A stretch of 64,000 nt of DNA. Source: Trichoplax sp. H2. Lineage: Eukaryota. Shown here piece after piece: positions 1 through 15,004 of the stretch (position 1 is its first letter; every line of letters starts with the position of its first letter). Where the stretch lies: positions 310,001-374,000 of the forward strand of contig NOWV01000019.1 in the NCBI GenBank assembly GCA_003344405.1, given 5' to 3'. The translations under genes and the position numbers were made by a program. The notes under the pieces were generated by a model. The model searched no databases. It had not been told where the DNA came from and saw only the letters and a list, made by a program, of their open reading frames with translations.

Positions 1-50
1 GTTTTCTAATTTAATATAGAATATATATATTTAATATTTATTTTCTTTAG

Positions 51-3000
51 AACTATCTTTATCTTGACTTTTTGGCTGCTTTATGTGTTAGTGATGGCTG
101 CTCTTTACCCAATAATCAAGGTTCATAGATGTAGCCATAAGCTTAATGATAAAGATTTATTTATTTCAAATGCTTTGAGATTGTTTATACCGATTTTATA
201 CCATTTTGTGGTATACGTATTCCGAGGAATCGCTAAATTAATTTAATTGCATGCTAATACATTAAAACTATCTGAAAATACTTTAATTTATTGAGTAAAA
301 ACGAATTAAGTGGAATATAACCATTTCTGACTATTTTCTTAAGAACAGGAGTACATGTTGTAGTAAGAATTAAAAATTTATCTTTCTAGAATATATTGCC
401 AATGAATTATTCAAACATGAATCAACTATCTTACTATATCGTATCTACCTTGGAGAAGAAATATATTTAAAACACGGCGTCGTTTATATTGGTTATAAAG
501 GAAGCAAAGAATGGAAGCCAATTCAACAATTTCTTGTAAGATACTCTCCAAGTTAAGATATTTAAAGAAGTCTTGATCGATATGGATATTCGGTCAATAA
601 ATATATTCCTTCCGTTTACTAAACTAGCGAATAATAGTTGTTATATTCCTACCCTGTGCTAGGAATCACAAGCGAATGGCCAACTAAATAGTCGATACCT
701 TTACCTTAAAAAGCAGCTGTACCTTTTTTGCAAGCTTTGCTGGGTTAGTCAGAAGAAAATTGAACAGATTGTCGAGCTCATAAGTTAATTTGTTCAGACT
801 CACTTGCTTAGCTTATACATTAATATCGGAGTTTCAATTACACAATAGGGAAGAAATTGGCGGGTTTTTCGTATTTTGATTGATGTAAGTTTTCAAGAAT
901 TTAGGAAGGCATGATCGATAACTAGATTGATAAGTATATTGGTATAGTTATCATATTATCCATGTATAACGTCATTCCTTAATAGACTTATTTTGAGCAA
1001 GAACCCTGAAAATGAGTATGGTATTACATAAAATTAAGACATTTTGTATATTATGCTTACTTTGCGAATATAGGAAAAGAAAATGTTTTCTCTATCTGCT
1101 GTTTGTGCTTGTGTACGTGACTGCCGTTTACCTCCCAGTCTTCGAGCACAATTTTGTTATATAATCCGTGGTAATTTTTTCATATTTATTCTCATAATAC
1201 TCAAAGTTACTTTGCCATTCCATTTGCACTTTGTTAATTGCTATTTATCTAATGTTATTATACCTGAAATGACACGCTAGAAAAGATTCTTGATGAATAC
1301 ATTAATTGATAGATTTTGTAGCTTACAACTATTTCAAATATTATAAGAAATATGTAATGTAAATTAAAAATATTAAGTACTTCCGATATCAAATAATAAA
1401 CTAATATAATTATAATTCATTCATCTTGTATGTATATATTATTTGTATCGTTAATATGAACATATGTTGATATTTAAAAATTACTATATTCTATATTTCT
1501 CTTACAGATATCTATATGTCCGGTAGAATCCGTTCTTCCATTGCAAGTTTATACAGCCTTTCCTTTGTTAGTTTTTAGCAGTAATAACGCTTCAAGTTGA
1601 TATTACTATAGATTAATTTAAGAATCTAAAATACCCTCAGATTTGACCTTCAGTCTTGATACGACTTTAAAACTAAATACTGACAGTTATAATTTATGAG
1701 TAACTATTTACCCTTTGACAACAGAACTACAACATCAGTGAAACAGATGATTTTCCGAATGATTTTGCAAAGGTACTCAGAAAAGATCATACCGAAACTT
1801 ACTAGAAGAAAATGTTAACTTAAATATTAGGCTACTGCTGATTTCCTATGACCCAGTTCCGATTTCTGAGCTATTTAATCAAAGATTCTATTTACTGCTT
1901 TTGTTTAGAATTTTACAGCGTGGGAATTATTCCAAATCAATGACTTAAAATTGTGGTGCTTGACATTTCTATCCAAGAAAACGGTAAGCGTAATGGCTAT
2001 CACAAAAATGTGTAGTTCGAAGAATGGTAATTGGTATTTAATCACAATCTACCCGAGCCATTTATTTTTTGGACCTGTTACTTGGATTTGCTGTTCTTAC
2101 TGATTTTATTTGTTCTTTACTTTTGTTTATTATCTAGCATATGATTGCATCTCAAATTGATCTTAATAAATTTATAATTTCGGTAAGTATCGTCTGGTAA
2201 TCATTGCACGAATCACCTACAGAATTAAAATTGGTATTAAAATCCTTTTTAGATATTGAAATTAATCCATAGCTTTGTCGAAGAGGGGTTATATCAAGAT
2301 ATGGAAATAAAATCATTAATAAAATCCATTTCATTCATAATTAATGGAAGCATGGATACGCCTTATCACACTATACCGATGAAAAGTATGCTATATAGGA
2401 TTAAAAATGATTCTGATGATGACTTTAGACATAGTGGAATTAATAATACCTTACTATATGGTACCAGTCCTAGTAGGTCAGGCTTTAGAACTTTTGAATT
2501 TTTAATTATTTTAAATGCAGGTTATGCGATACTTCATACAGAGAATTTTTTACATGTATCCAATTTTAATTAAGTATAATATTTCGTTGTTATAGGCTAT
2601 AAATTGATAGAATTTCAAGTATATAGGAACAAAAGTAGATTTGAACGGAGTAAAGAAAATGGATTCATGGCCGAGGCAAAGCGCAGGTTAATAGTTTATT
2701 GTATAGACTTTGAATTCTGATATTTTTACGCCTTTTGTGTGCAATATTTTATTCTAATTTAATATTTGTTACTCCTTGTAGGGTTCTACGTACTTTAGAA
2801 ATGATATTTAAAAGGCAATGCTATCAATATGTGAAGGTGAATATATTAGAACGATGAATTATTCTTAAGTTTTTAAAGCTATAGAAAATTGGAATAACAA
2901 CCAACACTTGAAATCTTATCTCTATTATAGCGATTTATGCAGGAATTTAGACATGTTGAAAGCGAAACTAGAAGTAAGAAAAGAAATTTCAGTAAGAAAT

Positions 3001-6000
3001 TTAAAGGCAGCGATAAGTTTGTAAGTCACCAGATTATTTAATAGCAGCGTATTATTTGAAATGAAGGATAGAGCTGCTGTCTATTTAGGAAAATATTTTT
3101 AAAATTGTGTTATATTGGATTATTTTCAATTAGGCTTTTTTAACAAAGATGATGCAAATTCACAATTCGGAGGCTGTTATCGCCTCTATTAGGTGTGTAT
3201 ATTACAGTATTGGTGTTTCTTCAAATTGTTAGCATAAAATGGCTATAATGGTTCTTTTTTCACTTCTTTTATTTCTGCTAATGAATTAATCTTTAATGCT
3301 ACAGATTAGATGAACAAGCTAAATTGTTCCTAGATGGTCTTCGTGACGAAACGACAAATTGGAACAAGTTTGATTCAGAGTTCCTGTTATTGGTATGACG
3401 GGCTGTGGACTAAAATATTCAGCTCTATCATTTATATTTCTTTTATTTTGTAATAAGCTACTACATATTTTCATTACTATTATAATTCCCTAGATTTTAA
3501 ATTGGAATAGCGCATTTTTCGAAGTATCGTGTCACTATCATTTACATTTCTTTTACTTTGCTTTAAGCTACTACATGTTTTCATCACATTTATAATTTTA
3601 AATTGCTATACATTTTTTTAACTGATAATTAGGACCTTACTAATTATAAATATGAGTGCATTAGTAATAATGCAATCGCAGTTTTAAGTGCCAGATATTC
3701 TATCTACCAAGCATTATTTACCAAAAGCAAAGAAATCCAGGTAGGTTTAAGGTTTTCAAATGCTTTGCTGTCATACATACGCTCATAAGAGGGCATCTTC
3801 AAAATAATTAATTTCATAACTAACTATTAATTGTGATTTATTCTCTCACTAAAATTCCATTTAAATGTTCATTAGTTACTTAAAACTACAAAATCGATCC
3901 AACTGCATGATGAGGTTAGATTGTAAGCTTAGAAAGAAACCACTTCAATGTGGTTGCTATCCTAAATTGATTGTGGACCAATATCGCTATCTAATAACAT
4001 CGTATTCTACTATCATAAAACTTCTAGATTCAACAACAAATAAAAGTGTTGTTTCAATTATTTAATATCCAATTGAATACGAAAATTCTCTACGATATAT
4101 CTAAAATAATCGAAAAATTTACGAGGTTAACCTAATGATTAATCTTTGATAGAATTTTTTAACCCATCAAAACATGATCTATGTTACCGTTTACAGTTTA
4201 TGTAGCCTGCGTGGTGATGACGAAGAACCTCATCCTATAAATCAGCAGTTACTATATAATTGCGGAGTCTTTCACATTGTCTTGGACATGGTAAAATTGG
4301 ATGCTAGTGATTACACCGAGGTTTGAGAAACACTGTATAATTGTGACTTAAATTCCTGTTAAAGTTAAATCTAGTCTTTTCATTAATGTTTTCACCTATA
4401 CCAGTAATACTTAATTTTATTCTTGGGTGTTGCTATAAGTTGCTCTATCTGAAATTGTTCTACAGGAAGTGAGAAAATTTTTACCTAATTTGATACGTCA
4501 AGGGTATAATTTGCTACGGAAATTAGCAAGGTTGATATATCAGATATAAATAAGTGCTACTAAAACTGATATAAATATGATATTATTCACTCTATAAGCT
4601 AAAGACTTAATATATTGAGAATTTATTTAATTGTGAGCTATATACTTGTTCTCAAATTTTACTTGTCTGGTGAAATAGGAAAAATCGAATTATACAAGAG
4701 CAATTGTTTGAACGTATAGATATCTTATTAGCTAGTGAGAGCATATTTTTAGAGAAGATCTATGCCTTAATAGAAGTAGGCATTAAAATTAAAATTACAT
4801 GAATAGATCGCATGTCGCTCTTTTAACAAGATTTTAACTACTAACTATTGAATAAATTACTGATAAAGACCATTTTTTTGGGGTCACTACAATTAGACTT
4901 TTGCCGGTAATCGAGCTACTTGCTGTAAGATTCGAAAGCAACATGTTGAGAAAATAATGGTATTACTAATTAAGAATCCGCATAAGCCACTATTAATAGA
5001 TTTACTCTCCAGTTTCATCAAGGTAAGCTCTATGACAGTAGGGAGAAATTAGTAGCGAATGGTATAATGGAGAATCAGGTCAATTTTTTGCTTATTACAC
5101 ATAACTAGCTAGGGAAGTATCATGACAGGGTGATTTTATTATTTTTAAAGGCTTCTTGATTGCGATTTGTTCCCAACTTTAGCTAATATGTGATAGCAAA
5201 ACAGTTACTCTATCTATATAAATTATTGCCTTTAAAATGAATTAATCATGCAAATTTCTTGCACATTATTGATAAAATTTAGATGGACTAAGGGATACGT
5301 GATCGTATTATTCTGAAAGGATTATTTTTTTGATAAATGTAACAGCTATGCTGCAGAGATTGTGCGGCTATAGTTTGATTACTTGTAGTTCTTCCATGTC
5401 TGCCCTCACCTAGTGATTTATTACTTTTATGAAATTTGAATGAATTTATTGAGAGTGAATAGATAACTAGGTTTATCAGGTTAACATTTGAAAGTCGTAT
5501 CACAAATATCTATTTATTAGTTTTCACAAAGCCCTGACTGCTTATTAAACAGCGGTAAAATTGAGCAACGGCTACTAAATTTATAGCAATCATTAATTAC
5601 AATATCGTAAAATTTGTCTTTTTGGTTCAATATCTAATTCAAGTTTATTTCAATGATATATCAATCTCCTGCAAAGGTTGATTTATTAAATCCACCTATC
5701 CTTCGAAATCAAGCCATAATTTCAACGACAGTTTTGGATCATCAATCAGAAGTATTGGACATCTTGAGTGCAGAGAATAAATTAAAAAGGTTAGGCTGAT
5801 ATAATATTGTTTTATTATTATTTTTTTAATTTCGTCTGAGGCTAAAGCATATCAAATACTAAAATGGCTTGTTAACTACTAGACGTCATTTCATACAAAT
5901 GGGTGCTGATCATTATGGATTACTTTACTTGCTAAATATGATCAATCTTTTATCTCAATGTGCTGAGGTTCGTAGACCGTCTAGCTAATGGCTTTGATTA

Positions 6001-9000
6001 ATGCATATCCTTATAGCTTACTAAAAAGTCATCAAAAATTGTATATCCTTCTATAATTTCCCCCGAAGTTGCATGATTTTAATTAAGATCACATATTTGC
6101 CATATCTCTATCTAGGGTAATAATCACTGTCTTGAGTCAATTTGTCAAGAATTACTACCTATAGATGAAATTTTCGATGTAAGTATTTCATCAATGGAAA
6201 TATTTCCAGCACGATCGTGCCATTTATTGATCTTAAAAAGCCAAGATGCTTAATTATTCATACAGTAATCATTTATTGATTTTTATTTCTTAAATTTTAC
6301 CAGGTATTGCTGGAAATAAATATTCCAATCTACATTAAAATACCATATTTAAAGTATTTGACTTCTGTATATATGTACGCTGGGAAAGGTGAAACAGAAA
6401 AATTAATGTTACAGACTCATCTAAAAAGGTAATATCCTCAGCTTTTTTCTGTCATTTTGTTCATCTGTAAATTGTAGTGCTTTGGATAGAAAGAAATTGA
6501 TTGATTATGGTAGCAGTAATAATAAATTTAAGCATGAATTAAACACGATTTAAGTTTAAAATCTTTTGCTTAACAGCGATCTGTGGTCGTTTATTCAAAA
6601 CATTCTGCAAATCCTACAAGCTTTAAATGATCAGATTAATCGACAAGTAAAGTCAGGCGTAGCTGGCATCAATCGTTTACGTTTTATAATGAAGCGGAAG
6701 AATATTTTACTATTAAATGGGTTAGAACATTGCAATATCACATTAAATTCAGCATTATTAATACGACATCTGTTATAAAATGAATATGTCATGGTTCCCA
6801 ACAGCACCAACAAGGCTGGACTCGAAAATGGTATTTTCATTTACCTATTTAATGGAATACTACCTTTCCTACAAGTTAGTGGAATTGACCTTTCAATATC
6901 AATAATGCAGAGTTTACTACACATTAACTTAAATAAGGAGTACTGTTGTAATTTGGCGCCTAAATTATTGTATTATTACATTTGCAGGTATATTTTGAAT
7001 TATACTTTCAATTTGAATCTGAAGATGATTCAGTTTATCATGGCCAGATGAAAGTAGTTAGGGAATTGACCTTGCTACTTCATGTAAGTTCATTTAATTA
7101 GAATTACTTACAGTTACAAATTTTATTTCTGCTACGATTGTATTAGCATACTCATTTTATAATTTCTTCTTATAATCTTATAATACTGTGTGATTCATGT
7201 CTTCGAATATAATAACATTTCTGTTTCCCAAAAGAATATAATTATCTTGCTCTATTATCACAGCAACTGGCGAACAATACTATCCGAGTCCTCACTGACA
7301 AACATCAGTTTCAGATTTTGAAAGATACTGTGATTTATCTCATGCTTAAATTTAGTAATATAATACAGGCTAAAGTAAGTAAAGCAAAAGAATTATTTAC
7401 ATTTGATCAGAAAATATATCAAATTATTATACATGCCTTGATCAATCCATTCTATCTATCAGATCGAACAATCTGAATACCATCCATTAGATTTAATCAA
7501 TCACGATTTTAATGAAATTAATCCTGCTCTTCAAGTTAGTTTTCACTTTTAAAACTTACCATGAATAGATCTAACAACATTACATGAATCGTTAGTAATA
7601 ATCTATTGTACTTGATATCGATACAATTTCAACGTGAAAAATCTTTTTTTAATTTCTAATACGACAGCATTATAGAGTTGTATACGGTGAGGAAAAGCGC
7701 TTAAATAAGCTGTTTTCTCAATATGTTAATAATTTTCGAACTACTTATGCCGACGGAAACATTATCAAGACACAACCGGAAAAAGATGAGATTCCCTTGG
7801 CAAAACAAGGTGAGATATACAGCCTTAAAAGCGTCAATTTCTTATTAATTATAACTGCCGTAATTTTGCTTTCAGATATTTGCATAATTCAAATTTATAA
7901 CTAGTTATAATAACTTTATGGCTCTAGATATGTCATGATAATCATAGCTATAAAATATCAGCAATAAAATGTAAAAGAATTTTACATTAAATAAATTTTT
8001 ATAGCACTTATAAATAACTTCTGTATGTTAGCTAACATCGAATTTGGTACTATGAAACTACCACTTGGCAAAGAATTCCAAGATTATGTTACCTGCTTTA
8101 CTTCCACGTATGTTATATTAATCTTTTAACTCTTAGTTACTACAGCATATATAATTTCTAACTTAATACTTCGGTTTTTTCATCGATTACTCGTGGCTTT
8201 ATCTAGTTGCTAGCTGTGAGACAAAGCTATAGTGATTTTCAGTTGTTCTTCAGCTGATTATTATGATAAATTGACTTGAGTATTCCATAATTTATTATTC
8301 TTGTCTACTTCATTTCAGACATTCTGTTGTTCATCAATCCATTGCTAACATTATTAGCCAGCTTGGGTACGTTACTTTGATATGCATATAAGAGGCTAAG
8401 CTATCATTTTATTGGTTACCCAGAAAGTATGCATTTAAGCAGGACTTTCTTTGCTTAATAATTTCCTTTATCTGTCATCTACTTTGTATAGGTCAGTATT
8501 AAACGATAATACTGATACCGAAATGGATAAGCAAATGAAAAAACAATTATATATTCGATATCTGCAGGTTAACATGTTACTGATATATTATTGAAATGAT
8601 TTCAGCAGCACTAACACAATACAGATATATAATTGGAATTATTGACATCAATATTTGTAGGTTCTAAGGGCTACTATCCATAACGAAATTGTTCGTTTAC
8701 CATCTAAAATAAGATACGAGCCATGGAAATATCGGCAAAGGTGATCAGTAAGCTAGTTTAATCTTTAGTTTTCCATGTTGTTTTGATGCCCGAATTTTGA
8801 CGACAATTGTAGGCTCACGGGAGTTAAGCATGCCCAACAAGCTATATTAGTAGACAAAACGGCTGTTTGCAAGGTTTGCATGTTGCAAGATATCTGAAGC
8901 AAAGCTCAGAATAATTAAATTACTAAATGTTTGCCTGTGCAGTATCATAGACTACAGATTTTTTCATTCAACTCTAGATTCTCTCACTGATCGTCCATCC

Positions 9001-12000
9001 CTGTAGTGATATAGTTCGTGAAGTCCTTGCACTACTAGAAGTTTTATTATATGGCAGAAATTCTAAAATACAAGTTTGTATATTCTGATACTGTTGCTAA
9101 GTATTGCACTTATTCTTTAATTTAAAGCAACATAGTCGAGAAGTAAACTGTTCTATAGTTGTTAACTAGCTTGAGCATCTAATTCTATTTCTTTATTTAT
9201 TATTGTCACAGGATCTGTTTGAGAGTTACTTGTTAGGTACAAGAGAGGAAACATTTTTTATGGAGGTCCATAGATACATTCTAGTTTATATGGATAACAT
9301 TAAGGAAAGGTAATATAAGCCTATCATCGAAATGTAGAGAAAGCCAACTTTTCGTTAGTTATGATATACGGTTAGAAATAGCTATGCGATAAATAAGCAG
9401 ATGACTGTTACCGATTCTAGGCAGCAATTAAAGCGTCTAAATGATTGGAAAGAGCGAAAATTAACAATTTTAGTAAGGCATCATCGCATTACATGCCCTT
9501 AGGGTGTTCTGTCTGGTATTGATTCTATTCCTGAGTACTTTTAAAATCTATTTTCAATCGACAGCATGCCGCACTAAAAACTAGCGGCCATTACAAGAAA
9601 TCCTCGGAGTCAGTAAGTTTTAAAATTAATAATATGATTTGATTTTTGCGGGCTCACTTGAATAACTGAGACTTTAATATCATACTGGTATTCCTCTTGC
9701 AATGACAGGCTAGCACTTTAAAACAAAATGAAGATGAAATAATGGAGGTGACTTTTTAAAACCATTGCAATTTGCACTATAATCTCAATACACTGTGTAT
9801 ATGAAAATGGAGGGTTTTGGATTTATATATTTTATCTAATTTTAATGTAGTGATTTACACATATTTACTTTCAATAATTATATGCAATTCACAAATAATA
9901 GAAATTGGGTCAGAATTCCAAGCCAGTTTTGGATAATTACGAATATGGATATATCAAACTCATTTTAGCCATAATTGCTGGTTTATGCGATGGTCATCGC
10001 TACTCGCTACAGGTAAATTGTCAGAAAAAACTAACTTTTGTGATCAAAATTTGGTTGCTTGAATTTTTGGTAGCTTTGACATGGACGCTTAATTTAACTA
10101 AATAGGATTACATTCGATATCAATGGAACCATATTCAATCATTTGATATCGTATCAGACTTGGCTTTATTAATGAAAACTATCTGCCAAGAAATTGACAG
10201 CTATGATGTGAATATTCTCTGCCAGATACTACGCACGCTTTCTAGCCTGTCTCAAGTAAGTTTAGCTAGGATCATGAAGTTTAAGGGTTTAAACTATTTT
10301 ATGGAGGTTAATATAGCATTGGTGCGTTCTTGAACTTTAAAAATCTGTCATCAATTGTAATCTATATGATGATATAGATGTTTAGTGACCATTTGAACTT
10401 ACCAAGATCTTCTCTTTTGGTAGGGGAACGAATCAAATCAGCAGCTACTGCTCAAGTATAAAGTTCCTTGTATGCTAATGACCATATTGAGAGAATTGAA
10501 TTCCACATGTTCCTCTCTATGGGTAAGCACTATGCCCAGCTCCAGCTTCAACTTGGTTATATATATTTCTATCTACTAAAGAATCAACAAAAGTGCAACG
10601 ATAGCTTTTATTAGACTCGTACTAGAAGTCTTTGTTATTAATATTACTGGCATATGCGTCCATTAAATCAATGACTACTTAATATTTTTCATAATTTGGT
10701 ATCTTATCTGTTTACTTTGCTAATTTAACGAACTGTTCATAATTTTTCTATCAACAAAATGGTATCATCTGATGTCTGATATACTTCTGTTTACCTCTAA
10801 TAGGTTGTTCAATTAGAAATTGCATGCCTAAACCTATATTGGCATTTTCTAGAAAGTACTGAAGAGATAAGTGACCAACTCTTTAAGGTACCAATGCTAC
10901 TAATGGAAACTATTAGCTACTAAAGAAAAAACTGATCAACACTTTAAAGTCTTAATGATACATTTTAGCTTTAAATAGCCGTCATTAATAGAAATTTGTT
11001 TGAGTAAAATTACTATAATTTCTTACTTAAAAACAGTTGTCTTCTTGCAACTTTAGGAAATGCAAATGGCTGATTATCAATTGTTTCAATTAATCCTTTG
11101 CAGTCTATATGAGCAAATTACTGCCGTAAGTACGATATATATCAATATTTGCTGGACATTGTAATGTAATTATACTTTCATACTTTACAGACTACATAAC
11201 TGCTAAAAGTTGATTGTATACAGTATAGTATGATATTCTACGGCTGCTCTAATGATTGCATACTTTAGCCCATATCAAGAGAATCCAATAGCAGCCATTT
11301 GCAGGGAGAAAATTGTATTCAAGCTGGCATAATGTTGTATCGAATAATAATGCGGTTAAAGGATGCAACTGATGACCATGGTGAGATATGGAGTGATACA
11401 TATTTAATTCATCTATAACCAATTTCACACTTTATATGGGAAAAGGCCTTTTTATACTACTACTAGATTGTCGTATTCACAGCAAGATTTTTACGGTAAA
11501 TACGTTCTAAAACGGTCATAGAATAATGAAAAATATTCAAATAGGGAAGCTAGGCTTTTATTTGTTTGATAACTTGGCTGAAGAGAATGAAAGTAAGAAT
11601 GAACTATTCAAGCAAAGCCTTAAATACTTTTCTCGGTACATGGACTGCGTAGAAATAGTTTATAGGAAGAAATTCTACAAGTTAAGGTTTCAGTTTGATC
11701 GCAAGGTGAGTAGTATTAATGATGTTAAGGTTTGGAATGTAACTGCTATCATTTTCTAATATTCCATAGCTGGCATACGAGCATGATCAGTTCTTATGCA
11801 GTAATTATATTTCTATTAGTCCATCACTAATTTATTTTTTAGCCTTTATTGAATCATGCACATTTACAGAAGTATTTTGCATATCGTGAGCATAATATAT
11901 CTTAAAAATGCTATGCTAGAATATTGTATGTATAATTAAGAACGGTGGTTGATGGTTCTAGTGTTCTGTAATAACTATAAATTTATGTGATCATTCTAGC

Positions 12001-14610
12001 TTAACTATAAATCTAGTCGCTGAAAATTAATACGTATTTTATATTTATTTAATATCAATATCGGGTACTATAGCATATCGATGTAGACTATTTTAAGCCA
12101 AGGATTCTGCCTCACAATTTAAACCTTTCGAGAGAAATGCGCTTACGTGAATTGTTTAATGCTGCGAAAGATGCAAACCATCACGTGGAGAAAATATCTA
12201 CTTTAAATAAATTTGGCAACCAATTATATCGGAAAAAGTATACTACTTACCCACATACGCTTGTAATCATAGCTTAACAGCTTTATTGAAATTATATATA
12301 AATTGGCTTCTTTTTCAGGAATATCTATCGGTGTATCTATAACTTAAGTACCTTGATGTTGGTTATGCTGCTCATCTTTTGGAATATGCCTTGCAAAGCT
12401 GAGCAAAACAAGTAAATAGAGCAAATGAAATTTGAGATTGTATACTAAATAAAATATTAGATACTTCAGTGCAAGATGAATGACCGTTATTTCGCTATAT
12501 TTAACATATAAATTAAACTAGAAATTTGAAGGAAATTAAGAGGCTTAGCGCAACATAAGTTCATGCTCGCTTTTAAATTTTCTTAGGTTTGGGTTACCGT
12601 TTTATCAAATTAGTACCAGGCTTGCCGCAATTTTATCACTGTTTGGACTAGGTCACATGGGTGCTTCAGTTGGGATAGTTCTGATATACTCTATTGAAAA
12701 TAAACTATTCTTGCCACAGTTCATCGATTATACTAGGTAGGTCGGCTGTCATAAAGTGGATTGGAACTTACTTTTTTCACGAAGGCATGAAATGAAAGTA
12801 GCAAAGTGTAATTAAATTTGTTCTATCATACAGTATATCATTGTCACTGTTTAATTATCGTCTTCAAGAATTGCTGTTCCATTTAATGTGGAAATAATAA
12901 CTGCTTTTAATTTTAAAGTAATTTAGGGAGCTTAAGCCTAACAGTGAAGAAAATTTGCAATCTTGAGATCTTCTTGAAAATTGTAAGTAAATTGTATACA
13001 AATATGAAATTATTTTTTGGATATCTCTCCTATAAATGGGTTCAATAATTGATAATGTTGTTTAGTTCTACTTTGAAACTTTGGATCGATAGTAGCAGTA
13101 TTATCAGCACTTAAACGCTTTTCCTGTAATGAGCTTTACAACTAATTATAATATTCAATCTATTTGATTTATTTGGATTGACAACTGAAATAGTTTTAGC
13201 TATTGCATATCTTGCACACGATCTTTATAATTTTCATTTATATATTTTAAATCTTTGTATGGGAAACATATATGAAATAACAATGTTCTCCGTACTTTGC
13301 ACTTGTCCCATAAATGAACTTTATCAATAATGATGATATTCAATTTTGTTTCATGTTTTGGATAATAATAATGTTTTCAACAGTTGGATATATGTTTCCC
13401 TAAATAAATTTTCTATCTGATGATATTCAATTATATTTTAAATTTTCGAATAGATTCTGATGATATTTTCTGCCCTTGGATTAGTTTATCAATCCTATTT
13501 TTATCTGCTTGCTGGCATTATTGTACTAATCGATATCTATTCGGAGAGGACATATAAGAATGTATCCAGTGAGTCGAAATTACGTTGCTATCTATATTCA
13601 TAGAGAGTGTTAGCATATGATTTGACATGTTTAAAAATTATAATTTCTATATCCAAGGTACATTCCCACTCCAACATTTACTATCGATGGCAGCCATTTT
13701 TTATGGTCTACTAGAAGTGATATCAATCTTTAAAATAACCTCTGCCCAAAGTGGGGTGCTTATGACTCCATTAGTTAGGATGGCATTATCTCTGGTAAAC
13801 AGTTGCTTATAGTTTATTAGCCCTGCTGATTCCTGGTTAGATCCAATCTATGATTTATGCTGGTATTTAATTTTATTCTTGGTATCTTTTAAATTAGAGT
13901 TATTATGGGAATGAAAATCTAGACCAGACCAGTAGTATTATTTTGCCAGCTGTTGGGTTGCTTAATTTTGTAGTATTGCTCATTATTGGCAGCGTAATGA
14001 TCACTATTCGCACTTTTCAGCGGGTGAGAATTTACCAAACTTTATCATCATTCTCCTTTAGCTTAATTTTATTTTAAACTTTAACAGTCAAGGCTGCCTA
14101 TACTGCTATAACTATTTCAATGTCTTGCTGGGTTAATAATTAATTCATTGAATGTAGAAAAAGCACCCCAAGATCGCAGCACAAAAGTGCTATATTTGCA
14201 ATACTACTAGAAAAGCATTTCAAACAACGAGACAGGTAATTAATATTCTAAGTTCTAATAGGCCACTCTTTGAAATATCTCGGAAAGCTAACGAATTAAA
14301 ATCATTACTACAGAGCTTTGATGATCATGTCTATCATCGACATAAATTGGGATCATATTGGAAATTTCTCATTTACCTGCAATATACTCCTATCTGTCAG
14401 CAAAGTAGTTTAGAATATTACGTTTATACGAAAGTAATTCTAATTTCATTTTTTGCCAATTTTTCAATATCTCCAGATGAATGCTTAAGAAATTGATTCT
14501 AATAACATCTTGTTTATTCTTATGTACTCTCATAGATTCAGAAAGGCGATATTGACTTTATACCAAGGGCGGAGGAGGAGATTTTAATGAGCCATCCAGA
14601 CGCGCAGTAG
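51..14610 (+). CDS. Divergent inositol 1,4,5-trisphosphate receptor-like (ITPR/RyR superfamily) channel, multi-exon, 5' part outside window
   Basis: Spliced exons give ITPR-like segments in the canonical order: YLDFLAALCVSDGCSLPNNQ (51-120, cf. RIH FLDYLSDLCVS...IPVTQ); RLPPSLRAQFC (~1120-1160, cf. LPYDLRASFC); LCDGHRYSLQ|DYIRYQ (~9985-10125, RIH-assoc, cf. LCENHNRDLQNFLR); LSSLSQ|GNESNQ; YMDCVEIVYRKKFYKLRF (~11640-11700, cf. AQIEIVR...IVFP); hydrophobic TM exons 12320-14023; KCYIC...FDDHVYHRHKLGSYWKFLIYL...LEYYV|IQKGDIDFIPR (cf. CFIC...FEEH...HNMWHY...ESYV...LDWFPR). Stop TAG at 14608-14610. Confidence 0.85.
3425..3612. repeat. Intronic tandem duplication, 2 copies about 110 bp apart
   Basis: ctatcattta(t/c)atttctttta...taagctactacat(a/g)ttttcat occurs at ~3425 and ~3535. 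Confidence 0.7.
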
Positions 14611-15004
14611 GAGTTTCATCGTCGTTCTTGTTAATTACGTATTAACTTAAATTTAAAACTACTGAATCCTATCCTACGTGAAACAATTAATCAAAAGCTG
14701 TAGTGAGGCTTGAATTCTTCGATGTCCCCCTTCATTCAATATATATCATAGCCCGGAGGCAGTACAGATAATTAATCCATTTACAAAGTCGAAAAATTAT
14801 ATAGTACTGTACTGTCTGTTAAGTATTTAATGAATGTTATTAATGAAGTTACTCGGTCATTGTTAGGCTATTATTTTACCAGATTTTTAAAAGTAAATGC
14901 CAAATATTACTAGAAACGTAATGTAATGTACTATACGTCATATATTGTGTTAATAGAATTTTTAAAAGTATCTAACAATTATTAGGATCATGAATGATTT
15001 AACT

